Source: Candidatus Eiseniibacteriota bacterium
Lineage (GTDB): Bacteria > Eisenbacteria > RBG-16-71-46
DNA: 64,000 bases
Assembly (NCBI GenBank): GCA_033853925.1
Contig: JAWOLC010000011.1
Location: 978-64,977 of the forward strand
Direction: 5' to 3'
Below the pieces are notes generated by a model. The model had not been told where the DNA came from. It made no database searches and saw nothing but the letters and a program-made list of their open reading frames with translations. The first letter of the stretch is position 1. Every line of letters begins with the position of its first letter. Positions 20,907 through 31,600 of this stretch are shown here, one piece after another. The position numbers were made by a program, and so were the translations under genes.

Positions 20907-20948
20907 GCCGGCGGAATCGCCGGCAGGCCCCGCCCCCGGGCGGGGCCT
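20906..20948. terminator. Two adjacent perfect GC hairpins between convergent genes (bidirectional terminator candidate)
   Basis: GCCGGCGgaatCGCCGGC followed by CAGGCCCCGCCCccGGGCGGGGCCTG (12-bp perfect stem). Confidence 0.5.
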
Positions 20949-20963
20949 GTGCGCCAGACCGGG

Positions 20964-22229
20964 CTACAGCTCCTTGGGGATCGCGGCCGTGAGGACCTCG
21001 GGCTCGCCGGAGGTGACGAGCACGTCGTCCTCGATGCGGATGCCGCCGAAGCCGAGCAGCGAATCCACCTTCGTCCAGTTCACCGCATCGCGGTAGCGCG
21101 TCCGCCGCGCCGGGTCATGGAGCAGCGCCGGGACGAAGTAGAGCCCCGGCTCCACCGTGATCACGAAGCCCGCCTCGAGCGGGAAGTCGCAGCGCAGGAA
21201 GCTGAGGCCGAAGCGCTCGCTGCGCTTGCGGCCGGGCAGGTAGCCGCTCGCGTCGCGCACACCCAGGCCCACCAGGTGCCCGAGGCCGTGCGGGAAGAAG
21301 AGCGCGTGCGCGTCCTGCTCGACCAGTGAGTCGGGCGAGCCGCGCAGGATGCCGAGGGCCACCAGCCCCTCGGCCAGGTCGCGGGCCACGGCCAGGTGCA
21401 CGTCCCGCCACTCTCGGCCCGGGCGGCAGCCGGCGATGCCGCGCACCTGCGCGCCGAGCACGACCTGGTAGAGGTCGCGGAAGAAGCCGTCGCGCCCGCC
21501 AGCGCGGTACGTGCGGGTCACGTCGCTCACGTAGCGGCCGACGTCCGCGCCCGCGTCGATCAGCACGTTGTCGCCGTCCCGCGCCACGCGCTCGCCCGGG
21601 GTGAAGTGCAGCACCCCGGAATTGGCGCCCACGCCGACGATCGTGGTGAACGCCAGCCGGTCGCCGCCGCCGCGCAGGAACTCGGCCTCCAGCTCGACCT
21701 GCAGCGCCCGCTCGGTCACCCCCGGCGCGATCAGCCGCTGGAGGGCCGCGAATCCCCGGGCCGTCGCCGCCGTGGCGCGCCGCATGCGCTCGAGCTCCAC
21801 GTCGTCCTTGGGCCGCCGCGCCTGCAGGAGCCGCTCGCCGCTCGCCGCCGTGAGCGCCGCGTCCGCCGGCACGTCGGGAAGAGGCGTGCCCAGCATGGCG
21901 ATCTTGCGGCCGCGCCGCGCCGCCAGCCAGGCCGGGAGGCGGGAGAGCGGGGTGCCCTCGGCGTCCGTGCGCCCTTCCCAGACGCGCTCGTCCTCGGTCA
22001 CCTCGGGGACGAAGTCGACCCAGCCCTCCCGGGGATCGAAGGCCACGACGCCGCCCACGCACTCGCGGTCGGCGAGGAAGACGTAGTCGGTATGGGAGAG
22101 ATACGGATAGGTCTGATCGGCTCCGCCCGGGATCGGGATCGGCTGCCCCGCGCCCACGAGAACGAGCTGGTCCTGGAGGTCCCAGGCGGACGCGACGCGC
22201 TGGCGGCGGCGTTCGAGGTACGTGGTCAT
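20964..22229 (-). CDS. Xaa-Pro aminopeptidase / M24B family peptidase
   Basis: Start MTTYLERRRQ (ATG 22227-22229). Pita-bread fold metal ligands in HFTPGERVARDGDNVLIDAG, HGLGHLVG and a GIRIEDDVLVT-type C-terminus. The 54 upstream codons are junk. Confidence 0.85.
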   Translation of the reverse strand: MTTYLERRRQRVASAWDLQDQLVLVGAGQPIPIPGGADQTYPYLSHTDYVFLADRECVGGVVAFDPREGWVDFVPEVTEDERVWEGRTDAEGTPLSRLPAWLAARRGRKIAMLGTPLPDVPADAALTAASGERLLQARRPKDDVELERMRRATAATARGFAALQRLIAPGVTERALQVELEAEFLRGGGDRLAFTTIVGVGANSGVLHFTPGERVARDGDNVLIDAGADVGRYVSDVTRTYRAGGRDGFFRDLYQVVLGAQVRGIAGCRPGREWRDVHLAVARDLAEGLVALGILRGSPDSLVEQDAHALFFPHGLGHLVGLGVRDASGYLPGRKRSERFGLSFLRCDFPLEAGFVITVEPGLYFVPALLHDPARRTRYRDAVNWTKVDSLLGFGGIRIEDDVLVTSGEPEVLTAAIPKEL

Positions 22230-22317
22230 GCGTGGCACTCGCTCGGGACCGGGATCGTGAAGGGGAGCGCGCGCGTCCCGGGTCGCGCGCCCCCGCGTTC
22301 GCCTGCGGGAACGGCGC

Positions 22318-22731
22318 TCACACCTCCAGCGCCTTGGCCGCGCGGTCGTACTCCTCGGGGCGCACGTAGATGAGGTAGCCGTAGTGACCACGCCCGTCGG
22401 TGACGGCGGTCGAGGCGTAGACGTTCACCTGGACCTCGGCCAGCTTGGCGTGCACCTTGGCCAGGGCTCCCATCTCGTCGTCGCCCTGCACGAGCAGCGC
22501 GTGGTGCGGCCCGTCCAGGGCGAGCCTGGCGTTCTGGGCCGCGCTCACGAGGCGGTGCGCGTCCTCCGGGAAGAGCGTGAGCTGCGTGCTCTCCGGTCCC
22601 GTGGGAACGGCGGTGAAGGCGAGCAGGTTCACGCCCAGGCTCGCGAGCTGGGAGAGCAGATCGTAGGCCTGACCGGGTTGATCGGGGACCGTCGCGTAGT
22701 AGTAGCTCAACCGCCGGATCGTGCTGCCCAT
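22318..22731 (-). CDS. ACT-domain protein (137 aa)
   Basis: Start MGSTIRRLSYYY with GGAGGAGAGG 6 nt upstream. ACT-like beta-alpha-beta-beta-alpha-beta pattern. The remaining 400 codons of the listed ORF are junk. Confidence 0.75.
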   Translation of the reverse strand: MGSTIRRLSYYYATVPDQPGQAYDLLSQLASLGVNLLAFTAVPTGPESTQLTLFPEDAHRLVSAAQNARLALDGPHHALLVQGDDEMGALAKVHAKLAEVQVNVYASTAVTDGRGHYGYLIYVRPEEYDRAAKALEV

Positions 22732-22931
22732 GACCTCTCCTCCAGGTGTGGCCGGACCGCGGGGCTCGTGAGGGACTCGAGGCAAGCTGTCTCGATGGCG
22801 GCGACAGCCTACCGCCGGGTCCGCTCGCGCGCCAGACGAGACCCCGGCCGACGCGCTTGCGCCGGCTTCCGTCGCCGTGCCAGCCTTGGGATGCGCTGGG
22901 AGTGCCGCGAGACCGGGGAGGAAGGAAGGGC

Positions 22932-23392
22932 GTGAGCATCCGCGACGACGGTCCGGCCGCGCTCGAGTGGGTCGCGCGCTATCTCGAGCGGGTGGGAGAG
23001 CTGCCCGTGCTGGCGCAGGTGGAGCCGGGCGAGATCCGAGCGCGCCTGCCGGCCTCGCCGCCCGAGTCCGGCGAGCCCTTCGCCGCGCTTCTGGCGCGTA
23101 CGCCGGGGCGGCGATGGTGTGCCCCGAGCACCGCTGGGCCTTCGCGGGCGTCGAGCACGCCGACTCGCCCGTCCCGCGTCCCTTCTCGGTCGTGTGCTTC
23201 CGGCGCCTGGCGACGGACGCGGAGAACGCCGCGCGCCTCGAGCGCGTGAACCGCACGGGCGAGATCTTCCTCTCGGGAACGAAGCTCCGCGGCCGCACGG
23301 TCCTCCGGCTCGCGGTGGGGAACGCGCGCACGACCGAAGCCGACGTGGCCCGAGCCTGGGCGGTCCTCAGACGCGAGGCGGCGAAGGGGTAG
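22932..23392 (+). pseudogene. Remnant of a PLP-dependent aromatic-L-amino-acid decarboxylase (group II decarboxylase). N-terminal (~60 aa), mid and C-terminal (~80 aa) fragments are fused by out-of-frame deletions
   Basis: Frame 0: VSIRDDGPAALEWVARYLERVGELPVLAQVEPGEIRARLPASPPESGEPFAALLAR, resembling a DDC/TyrDC N-terminus. Frame +2 from about 23095: AYAGAAMVCPEHRWAFAGVEHADS, resembling DDC [25 protein letters not shown]. The next segment follows directly: FSVVCFRRLATDAENAARLERVNRTGEIFLSGTKLRGRTVLRLAVGNARTTEADVARAWAVL, resembling the DDC C-terminal VCFRLK...LRFAICSR...AW. About 300 aa of a normal ~470-aa enzyme are missing. Confidence 0.6.
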
Positions 23393-23747
23393 TGCGAGCC
23401 GCCAGCCGATCGCGAAGCGCGCGCGCCCGGCGTGGCGGGAGCGGCAAGACGCTCGCTCTTCCCCGCGTGCGTGGAGTAGAATCGCCCCGCTGTTCCTAGA
23501 GACTCGCGCAGCGATCCCTGGCCCCGGGTGCACTGCCACCCGAGGCCTTGTTGCGTTCCGGGCCGCATTCCGCCGGGCCCGATCGGGACCCGGGAGGCGG
23601 GAGCACAGCGGCGAGGCAGGTCGCGAGGCGCGGAGTGGGCCCGTACGCTCGAGCCCGGTCGCAGGCCGAAGGGAGCGCCGTGTAACAGATTCAGCCCGTT
23701 TTCAGGAAGGGCTGTCCATTCCTGACTTGACGAAACCAGGATACTCA

Positions 23748-23761
23748 TGTAACCGTTTTCA
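23748..23761. promoter_or_regulatory. LacI/CcpA-type operator-like imperfect palindrome TGTAACCGTTTTCA in a lower-GC intergenic island
   Basis: 12/14 match to the perfect palindrome at 47356. Flanked by CATG as at the other site. Lies 215 bp upstream of the first gene of the secreted-cargo/GH144 cluster. A TTGACG box sits at 23727-23732. TGTAAC and CCGTTTTCA each occur twice within 23681-23761. Confidence 0.4.
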
Positions 23762-23973
23762 TAAGGGAAAAGGCCCAGCCAGGGAAGACGGAGGGCCACC
23801 GCCGGACGGACCAAGCCGGCCGACGCGGGAGGGTAGAGCGGCGGGCCACCAGAGCCGCCGCAGCCCCGCGGGCCAGCCGCTCGGCGGTGGCTTTCCGGCA
23901 GGGCGAGCGCCGGGCCGCGAGAGTCCACCCAGCTTCAGCTGCTCCATTCACCGCAGCTCGAGGAGGTCGCAAC

Positions 23974-25878
23974 ATGAGAGCTGGACTGACCACGGCATTG
24001 CTCTTGGGCGTGGTCCTCGCCTGCGCGTCGCCAGCGCGGGCGCAGACGCCGCGCCTCGACGCCATCTGGGCCCGGTCGACGAACGGGGCCCCGATCACGC
24101 TCGACGGCATTCTGAGCGAGCCCGCTTGGGCGCAGGCGGAATCCGTCATCGTCCGCTACGGGGTGGACAACGGCATCCCCGGCAGCGGCTACCAGGAAGA
24201 GGGCGGCCGGCTCACGCGGGACAGCACGTACGCCGTCGTCAAGTTCCTGACCGTGGGGAACTACCTCTACATGGCGGCGTCGCTGCGCGACAGCTCGGTC
24301 GGCGGCGACGTGGACTTCAACAAGATCGACGGCCTGCAGATCGGGCTGAAGGATCACAGCGTGATCACGCGGCCGGCGCCGGTGCGCGAGTACTTCTACG
24401 CCTGGTGGTTCCCGACGGACACGCTCCACGCCCATGATCCCGGCCGGTCCCCCTGCTTCCGCGGCTGGTGGGCTCCGGACAGCTGCAAGCCCCGCACGCC
24501 CGAGCAGATCGACAACTGGGACGCCGTGACCGTCGTGCACGGCGTGTCCAACGACGACAGCGACACGGACCATGGCTACACGGTCGAGATGAAGTTCAAC
24601 CTGACGCCCATGGGCTACGACGTCACGAAGGCCGGGGGCGACATCGTCGAGTGGAACCTGGGCATCAAGGACGCCGACTGGAACTGGCCGCTCAACGTCA
24701 AGCGCTTCGCCTCGAACCGGACGTGGTGGCAGAGCCCGTGGTCGCTGGATGCCTGGTACGACGAGGTGCACATCTACGCCCGCCCGGACGTGTACGTCGG
24801 CTCGGGGGCCGCGCCCCTGATCCCGCCCGAGGTGCGCGTGGCCAACGCCGGCAACTGGCCCGCTCCCGTGATCGACGGCCATCTGAACGATCCCGTGTGG
24901 AGCCTGGCGCCGTCCTTCGACGTCCGCTGGGGAGACGACGCGCTGCGCGCCAGCTATCCGGGCGTGGGCCCGTGGCGCTCCGGGCAGTGGCAGCCGTCGG
25001 TGAACGACACGCTGGCCACCATCCAGGACCCGGGCGACGCCACCGTGCGCTGGTTCTTCAAGGAGGACACGCTCTACTTCGGCTTCGACGTGCGCGACCA
25101 GTACGTGCAGTACATTCCCCTGTTCACGCGCTACGACGGTGTGCAGGTGAACCTGAACGACCGCGGCGTCCGCTATCGTGACCGCAATCTCGAGGCCCGC
25201 TGGCTCACCTACCTGGTGGGGCCCACGGGCAGCGGGCTGGCCCTCGACTACCTGCCGTACCTGCGGGACACCCTGCTGGGCGCGCGCGTGGCCTGCCAGC
25301 TCAAGGGCGGCACGACCGTGGACACGATCGGCTTCGAGCCGGACTCCGGCTACACGATGGAGATGGCGATCGATCTGACGAAGCTCGGCTATCCTCACGG
25401 CCTCGGGGACCGGGCCTTGTTCCTCGGCCTCAGCCTGATGGACGGCGACTCGTTCGGCCCGTCGGGGGTCCACGACAGCTACGGCACGCACCAGTGGTGG
25501 TTCTGGCACCAGCAGCGCGAGTGCTGCCCGGTGTGGGCCTACCTGGATCCCACGCTCTACCTGACCACGGACGTGGCCGGGCCGGGCGGCGGGCAGCCCT
25601 ACACGCTGCTCGGCAACTACCCGAATCCCTTCCGGGCGCTGACCACGATCCAGTACGCGCTGGCGGCGGCGAGCGACGTCACGATCGAGGTCTTCGACGT
25701 GCAGGGGCGCCTGGTGGCGCGGCGCGTGCTCGGGCTGCAGGCGGCGGGCAAGCAGCGCGCGACGTTCTCCAACCCGGGTCTGAGGACCGGGATCTACCTC
25801 TACCGCCTGCGGGCGGCGGATCCGCTGTCGGGCAAGCAGAGAGCCGCGATGGCGGGGAAGATGCTGGTGCTGAAGTAG
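23974..25878 (+). CDS. Secreted protein with two CBM9-like (carbohydrate-binding) modules and a C-terminal FlgD-Ig-like / T9SS-type sorting domain
   Basis: AGGAGG 7 nt before ATG 23974. Signal peptide MRAGLTTALLLGVVLACASPARA. Repeated ITLDGILSEPAW / VIDGHLNDPVW modules. C-terminus GNYPNPFRALTTIQYAL...VTIEVFDVQGRLV...GIYLYRLRA...KMLVLK. Confidence 0.8.
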   Translation: MRAGLTTALLLGVVLACASPARAQTPRLDAIWARSTNGAPITLDGILSEPAWAQAESVIVRYGVDNGIPGSGYQEEGGRLTRDSTYAVVKFLTVGNYLYMAASLRDSSVGGDVDFNKIDGLQIGLKDHSVITRPAPVREYFYAWWFPTDTLHAHDPGRSPCFRGWWAPDSCKPRTPEQIDNWDAVTVVHGVSNDDSDTDHGYTVEMKFNLTPMGYDVTKAGGDIVEWNLGIKDADWNWPLNVKRFASNRTWWQSPWSLDAWYDEVHIYARPDVYVGSGAAPLIPPEVRVANAGNWPAPVIDGHLNDPVWSLAPSFDVRWGDDALRASYPGVGPWRSGQWQPSVNDTLATIQDPGDATVRWFFKEDTLYFGFDVRDQYVQYIPLFTRYDGVQVNLNDRGVRYRDRNLEARWLTYLVGPTGSGLALDYLPYLRDTLLGARVACQLKGGTTVDTIGFEPDSGYTMEMAIDLTKLGYPHGLGDRALFLGLSLMDGDSFGPSGVHDSYGTHQWWFWHQQRECCPVWAYLDPTLYLTTDVAGPGGGQPYTLLGNYPNPFRALTTIQYALAAASDVTIEVFDVQGRLVARRVLGLQAAGKQRATFSNPGLRTGIYLYRLRAADPLSGKQRAAMAGKMLVLK

Positions 25879-25900
25879 GCGCGAGATCGCGAGAGGAAGT

Positions 25901-25931
25901 GGCGGGGCGGGCCGGCAGAGTCCGCCCCGCC
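25901..25931 (+). terminator. Perfect 10-bp GC hairpin after the CBM9-like gene
   Basis: GGCGGGGCGGgccggcagagtCCGCCCCGCC. Confidence 0.4.
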
Positions 25932-25972
25932 GGGATGGACGAGTCGGAGCGGCCGGCGAGGGACCAGGGGGC

Positions 25973-28654
25973 ATGGGTCGCCAGCGGAAGGGACGTGTCG
26001 CAGGGAAGGCCTGGGTGGCGGGCCTCTGCCTGCTCTCGGCGTTGATCGCCTCGGGGGCGCTCGCCGGGACCACGGGGAAGATCTCGGGCCGGGTGCTCGA
26101 CAAGAAGAAGCAGGCCCTGGCGGGCGTGAACGTCACCATCCCGGCCGCCCGGCTGGGAGCGATCAGCGACGCCGAGGGTCGCTACACGATCATCGGCATC
26201 CCCGCCGGCACGTTCGAGGTGAAGGTGAGCCTCATGGGCTACGGGCCGGTGCTGGTGAAGGACGTCCTCGTCTCGGCGGACAACACGACGAGCCTGGACG
26301 TGGAGCTGGCCGAGGCGCCGGTGATGATGAAGGAGGTCGTGGTCTCCGCCCAGCGCCCGGTGGTGGACCTCAAGCTCACGAGCACGATGTCCACGGTGAG
26401 CCGGCAGGACATCCGCTCCCTCCCCGTCCAGGAGCTGCAGGACGTGGTCAACCTCCAGGCGGGCGTCGTGGACGGCCACTTCCGCGGCGGACGGCTGGGC
26501 GAGGTGCAGTACCAGGTGGACGGCGTCTCCGTGAACAACGCCTACGACAACACCTCCACGCTGCGCATCGACCGCTCCCTGATCGAGGAGGTGCAGGTCA
26601 TCAGCGGCACCTTCGACGCCGAGTACGGGCAGGCGATGAGCGGCGTGGTGAACGCGGTGCTGCGCCGCGGCACGGAGAAGCTGCAGTGGGACGCCGAGCT
26701 GCTCTCGGGCGGCTTCGCCTACGCGGGCGACCCGCGCGGCATCTCCTCGACCTTCCGCCAGGCGAGCCCGGCGGGCGCGCAGAACTACCAGGCGAGCCTG
26801 AGCGGGCCCGCGGGGCTGCCCCAGACGTTCTTCCTCGTGAACGGGCGGCGCTACAGCTTCGACGACTACCTGCAGGGCACGCGGCTGTTCGTCCCCACGG
26901 ACCGCTCGGCTCCCGAAGCCCTGATCGTGAACCCGACGGGAGACGGGGCCACCGTCCCGCTGGTGTACAGCCGCGAGTGGTCGGGGCTCGCCAAGGTCAC
27001 GAACCGGTCGGTCGCGAACCTCGAGCTGAACTACCAGGCCGTCGGGAGCCTGGTGAACGGCCGGCACATGACCGGCTCGACCTGGCTCTACCGACTGAAC
27101 CCCGACGGCCTCTCCAAGCAGCGCACCTTCTCCATCGTGCACGGTCTGGACGGCACCTACACGCTGTCGAAGAAGACCTTCTTCACCTCCAGCCTGCGGC
27201 AGAACTACTTCGACTACAAGGACCTGCTCTACGACGACGAGAACGACCCGCGCTACGACGCCGCCGGGCCGCCGCTGGGGAGCCAGGCGTACCAGCTCGG
27301 CGCCTACGTCCAGGGCGTGGACCTCACCCGCTTCGTGCAGAAGACGAGCACCATCGTCTGGAAGAGCTCCCTCGTGAGCCAGATGAAGAACGACCAGCAG
27401 GTCAAGGTGGGGGCCGAGTTCTCCTGGCCGCGCGTCACCTTCGGGAACCCGGGCGTGCTCACCTCGACGCAGTGGGGCAACACGCCGGTCATCGGCCGGG
27501 ACATTCCCGACTCCTACGGGATCCCGCCGCCGAGCGTCTACGAGTACCGGCCCTACGAGGCGGCCGCCTTCGCGCAGGAGGATCTGGAGTGGAACGACCT
27601 GCGCATCCGCGCCGGCCTGCGGGCCGAGTACTTCAACCCGCGGAGCATGCTGCCGGCGGATCTCCAGAACCCGGCCAACACGATCACGGGCGCCCCGGTC
27701 ACGCCCTGGCGCGCGACGACCCGCAAGATGTCGCTTGCCCCGCGGCTCGGCGTGTCGTACCCCATCACCCGGGACGCCGCGCTGTTCTTCGCCTACGGCC
27801 ACTTCTACCAGATGCCGCCGCTCGGGGACATGTTCCAGAACGCCGACTATGGGGTCCTCCGCAACCTGCAGGCAGGCGACACGAGGTACGGGGTCATGGG
27901 GAACCCCGACATCCGCCCCGAGAAGACGGTGCAGTACCAGTTCGGCTACAAGCAGGCGGTCACGGACTGGCTCGGCGTCGACCTCAACGTCTTCTACAAG
28001 GACATCCGCGACCTGCTGGGCGTCGAGTTCATCACCACCTACAACGACGCCGAGTACCCGCGGATGACGAACGTGGATTTCGGCAACGTCGTCGGGTTCA
28101 CGGTGGCGCTCGAGCAGCGGCGGCGCGGGATCGTGAGCACCTCGCTCGACTACACCTGGCAGATGGCGGAGGGGAACTCGAGCGACCCGCGGGAGACGGC
28201 GACCCGGGCGTCCGCGGGCGAGGATCCCCGGCCCCGGCAGATCCCCTTCAACTGGGACCAGCGGCACACGCTGAACCTGACCGTCATGCTCTCGCGGCCG
28301 GAGCGCTTCTCCGTGAGCACGGTCGTGCGCGTGGCCAGCGGGCAGCCCTACACCCCGGCCAGCAGCGCCTCGGGCTTCTTCCGGCTCTACGGCACGAACT
28401 CGGGGCGCAAGCCCGCCAGCGTCCTCGTGGACCTGCGCGCGGAGAAGAACCTGGTCCGCTCCCGCGTCGGCGCGAACCTGTTCGCCCGGGTGTTCAACCT
28501 GTTCGACACGAGGTACTCGAACGGCATGGTGTTCGAGTCGACCGGCAGTCCGTACTACTCGGTGGATCCGTCCGATCCCACGCTGAGGGATCCGACGCGC
28601 TTCTACGAGCCGCGGCGGATCGAGGCCGGTCTCAGCCTGAGCGCGGGCCGCTAG
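25973..28654 (+). CDS. TonB-dependent outer-membrane receptor with N-terminal carboxypeptidase-regulatory-like (CarbopepD_reg) domain and plug domain
   Basis: Signal peptide. GKISGRVLD...GVNVTI...DAEGRYTI (CarbopepD_reg). Plug: VVVSAQRP...VSRQDIRSLPVQELQDVVNLQAGVV. About 600 aa of beta-barrel follow. Confidence 0.8.
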   Translation: MGRQRKGRVAGKAWVAGLCLLSALIASGALAGTTGKISGRVLDKKKQALAGVNVTIPAARLGAISDAEGRYTIIGIPAGTFEVKVSLMGYGPVLVKDVLVSADNTTSLDVELAEAPVMMKEVVVSAQRPVVDLKLTSTMSTVSRQDIRSLPVQELQDVVNLQAGVVDGHFRGGRLGEVQYQVDGVSVNNAYDNTSTLRIDRSLIEEVQVISGTFDAEYGQAMSGVVNAVLRRGTEKLQWDAELLSGGFAYAGDPRGISSTFRQASPAGAQNYQASLSGPAGLPQTFFLVNGRRYSFDDYLQGTRLFVPTDRSAPEALIVNPTGDGATVPLVYSREWSGLAKVTNRSVANLELNYQAVGSLVNGRHMTGSTWLYRLNPDGLSKQRTFSIVHGLDGTYTLSKKTFFTSSLRQNYFDYKDLLYDDENDPRYDAAGPPLGSQAYQLGAYVQGVDLTRFVQKTSTIVWKSSLVSQMKNDQQVKVGAEFSWPRVTFGNPGVLTSTQWGNTPVIGRDIPDSYGIPPPSVYEYRPYEAAAFAQEDLEWNDLRIRAGLRAEYFNPRSMLPADLQNPANTITGAPVTPWRATTRKMSLAPRLGVSYPITRDAALFFAYGHFYQMPPLGDMFQNADYGVLRNLQAGDTRYGVMGNPDIRPEKTVQYQFGYKQAVTDWLGVDLNVFYKDIRDLLGVEFITTYNDAEYPRMTNVDFGNVVGFTVALEQRRRGIVSTSLDYTWQMAEGNSSDPRETATRASAGEDPRPRQIPFNWDQRHTLNLTVMLSRPERFSVSTVVRVASGQPYTPASSASGFFRLYGTNSGRKPASVLVDLRAEKNLVRSRVGANLFARVFNLFDTRYSNGMVFESTGSPYYSVDPSDPTLRDPTRFYEPRRIEAGLSLSAGR

Positions 28655-28664
28655 CGGGGGACAC

Positions 28665-31600
28665 GTGCGAGAACGCGGAGCGTCGTCGGCGAGAAGAAGC
28701 CCAGGGGATCCACGCTGGCTGGTCCTCCTGCTGGCGGGGCTGGGACTCGGGGCCGCCGCCGCGGCCAGCGCGGATTGCCCGACCCTCGCGCCGCCCGGGG
28801 ACCAGTCCAGGTGCGCCGACCCCGGTGGCAGGACGCGCTTCACCCTGAGCGGCACGGGGGCGGAGCAGTGCGCCTGGGTCCTGCTGCCCGGCCAGTCCAG
28901 CGGCGTCTACCGGGTCGCGCTGGGCAGCCCCACGGGCTGCGAGGTCGGCGTCGACGTCTTCAGCGACGGCCCCTGCACGGTGGCGGTGCAGTGGACGGGG
29001 CGGGCCGGCTCCGACTCGGCCTGCGTGCTGCGCGACACCGTCTACCTCGCGGTCGTCCCGGGGCCGGGCCCGCGCGGGACCATCGACGCGGAGCGCTCGG
29101 GCTTCCTCGACGCGAACCGCATCCGCACCGTGTTCTGGAACTACGGCATGGTCGGCGACTATCCGCAGGATCCCGCCAACGTGGACCTCAGCGTCTTCCA
29201 CTCCGTCGAGGTCCCGAAGGGCAGCGGGATGAACTACACGGACGGCATCACGCCCTTCGTGATGGCCCGGATCGCGCAGGCCGCGGGGGACACCGCCATC
29301 ATCATGGAGACGGGGTTCCGCGAGCGCCAGGGCATCAGCCCCCTCCACAACCGCGTCATGCGCTTCGAGCCGCGGCCGGGGTTCTTCCAGGCCGACCCGC
29401 TGATCAACCGCGGCCGCTCGCCGGCCATCAGCAACGACCCGCGCACCTGGCCCTCCGCGTGGCCCGACAAGAAGTACGACCCCGACGACGCCGGCTGGCC
29501 GGGGAGCTGGGACGGCTACTTCGGCAAGCGGGCGGCGGCGGACGAGGAGAGCTTCACCGTCATGGACGACGACTTCTACGACGCCTGGGACTACGCGCCC
29601 GACGCCTGCGACCCGGACCGGCGCGGTCTCGGTCTCAAGGTCGAGGTGCGCGGCTTCCAGTGGGCGAACCCGCAGGCCGGGAACGTCGTCTTCTGGCACT
29701 ACGACATCACCAACGAAAGCACCACCGACTACGACGACAACATCATCTTCGGCCTCTACATGGACTCGGGGGTCGGAGGCTCCGCGCTCTCCTGCGACGG
29801 CATCTACGAGTCGGACGACGACAACGCCTACTTCGACCGCTCCTCCGGCCTCAACCTGGTCTACACCTGGGACACCTACGGGCACGGCGTGGATCTGGCG
29901 GGCAACTGCAGCCCGACCGGCTACCTCGGCTACGCCTACATGGAGACACCCGGCAATCCCTACGACGGCATCGACAACGACAACGACGGCATCACCGACG
30001 AGTCTCGCGACGGCGGTCCCGGCCAGCTCATCGTCGGGCAGACGGCGATCCGCGAGTACGCGGCGGCGCACTACGACCTGGCCAAGTTCGAGGCGTTCTA
30101 CGGCCCGCTCGAGAACCGGCCCGCCTACCGCGCCGGGCGCTGGTGGACCGGGGACGAGGACATGGACTGGACGGCGGAGTTCGACGACGTCGGCGCGGAC
30201 GGCGTCCCCAACACCTTCGACACCGGCGAGGGCGACGGCATCCCCACCGACGGCGAGCCGCATTTCGACCGCACCGACAAGGACGAGTCGGACCAGATCG
30301 GGCTCACCGGCTTCAAGATGAACCGGATCAAGGCCGGCGTGGGGAATCCGAACCCCGCCACGGACGACATCCTCTTCTACACCGACGCCCACCACTGGCC
30401 CGAGCGGCTGTGGCAGCACTTCACCGATCCCAACCCGGCTGCCCGCTTCGACTCCGCGGTGGCCGCGAACTACAACATCGGCTTCCTCTTCGCCTCCGGT
30501 CCCTTCAAGCTGCCGCCCGGGAAGCGGGAGCGCTTCAGCCTGGCGCTGGCCTACGGGCAGGACCTCGCCGAGCTGCGCGAGACCGTGCACACGGTGCAGC
30601 TCATCTACAACGCGAATTACCAGTTCGCCGTGCCGCCCACGCTGCCGACCGCCTCGGCCGAGGCGGGCGACGGCTACGTCCGGCTCTCGTGGGACGACGC
30701 GGCGGAGCGCAGCCTCGACCCGGTCACGAACACCTTCGACTTCGAGGGGTACCGCATCTACCGGGCGACGGATCCCGAGTTCCGCGATCCGCAGATCGTG
30801 CCCACCGGCTCGACCCAGCTCTGGCTGCCCAACGGCAAGCCCATCGCCCAGTTCGATCTCGCGGACGGGCGGAAGGGCTACTCGCGCAAGGTGATCAACG
30901 GCATCGGCTACTACCTCGGCACGGACAGCGGGATCCGCCACACCTGGACCGACACCACGGTGACGAACGGCCAGGAGTACTACTACGCGGTCTGCGCGTA
31001 CGACTACGGCTACGACCCGGGCGCGGACTCCTTGGCCATCTACCCGTCGGAGAATTCGATCACGGTCTCGCGCACGCCCCGGGGCGGCCTGATCCTGCCC
31101 AGGAACGTGGTGCAGGTGCGGCCCAATCCGAGAGTGCCGGGCTACGTGCCCGGCTCGTCGAGCGGGGTGACCAAGGTCGCGGGGAACGGCACCGGCGCCG
31201 TGGGCATCCGGGTCGTGAACTCGGGCCTCGTCCCCGACGGGCATCTGTTCACGGTCGGCTTCGTCACCACCTCACCCGACAGCATCCACGCCACGAGCTA
31301 CGTGCTCCGGGACAGCACCTCGCGGCGCACGCTCTTCTCGACGGGCTCCGACTTCGACAGCCTGGGGACGGGCCCTTCCGGCGCCGGCTTGCTGCCGCTC
31401 GTCAGATCGGTCGAGCAGTGCAGCGTGGACGGCAGGGCCTCCGGATTCCGCTCGGGCAGCGGCACGAACGTGACGCTCTCCACCTACTACGCCAACAGCG
31501 CGATGCCCATGAACCTGAAGCGGCTCGGCTACCCGGACAACCTCACGATCGTGTTCGACAGCACCTTCGCCGACACGGGCCTGGGCTGGGGGCCGGTGCG

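Noticed and set aside
22732-22931. Upstream part of ORF 22318..23928 as an N-terminal extension of the ACT-domain protein
   Set aside because: The ACT protein has its own strong SD and ATG at 22731. The upstream translation is junk and overlaps the decarboxylase remnant on the other strand.
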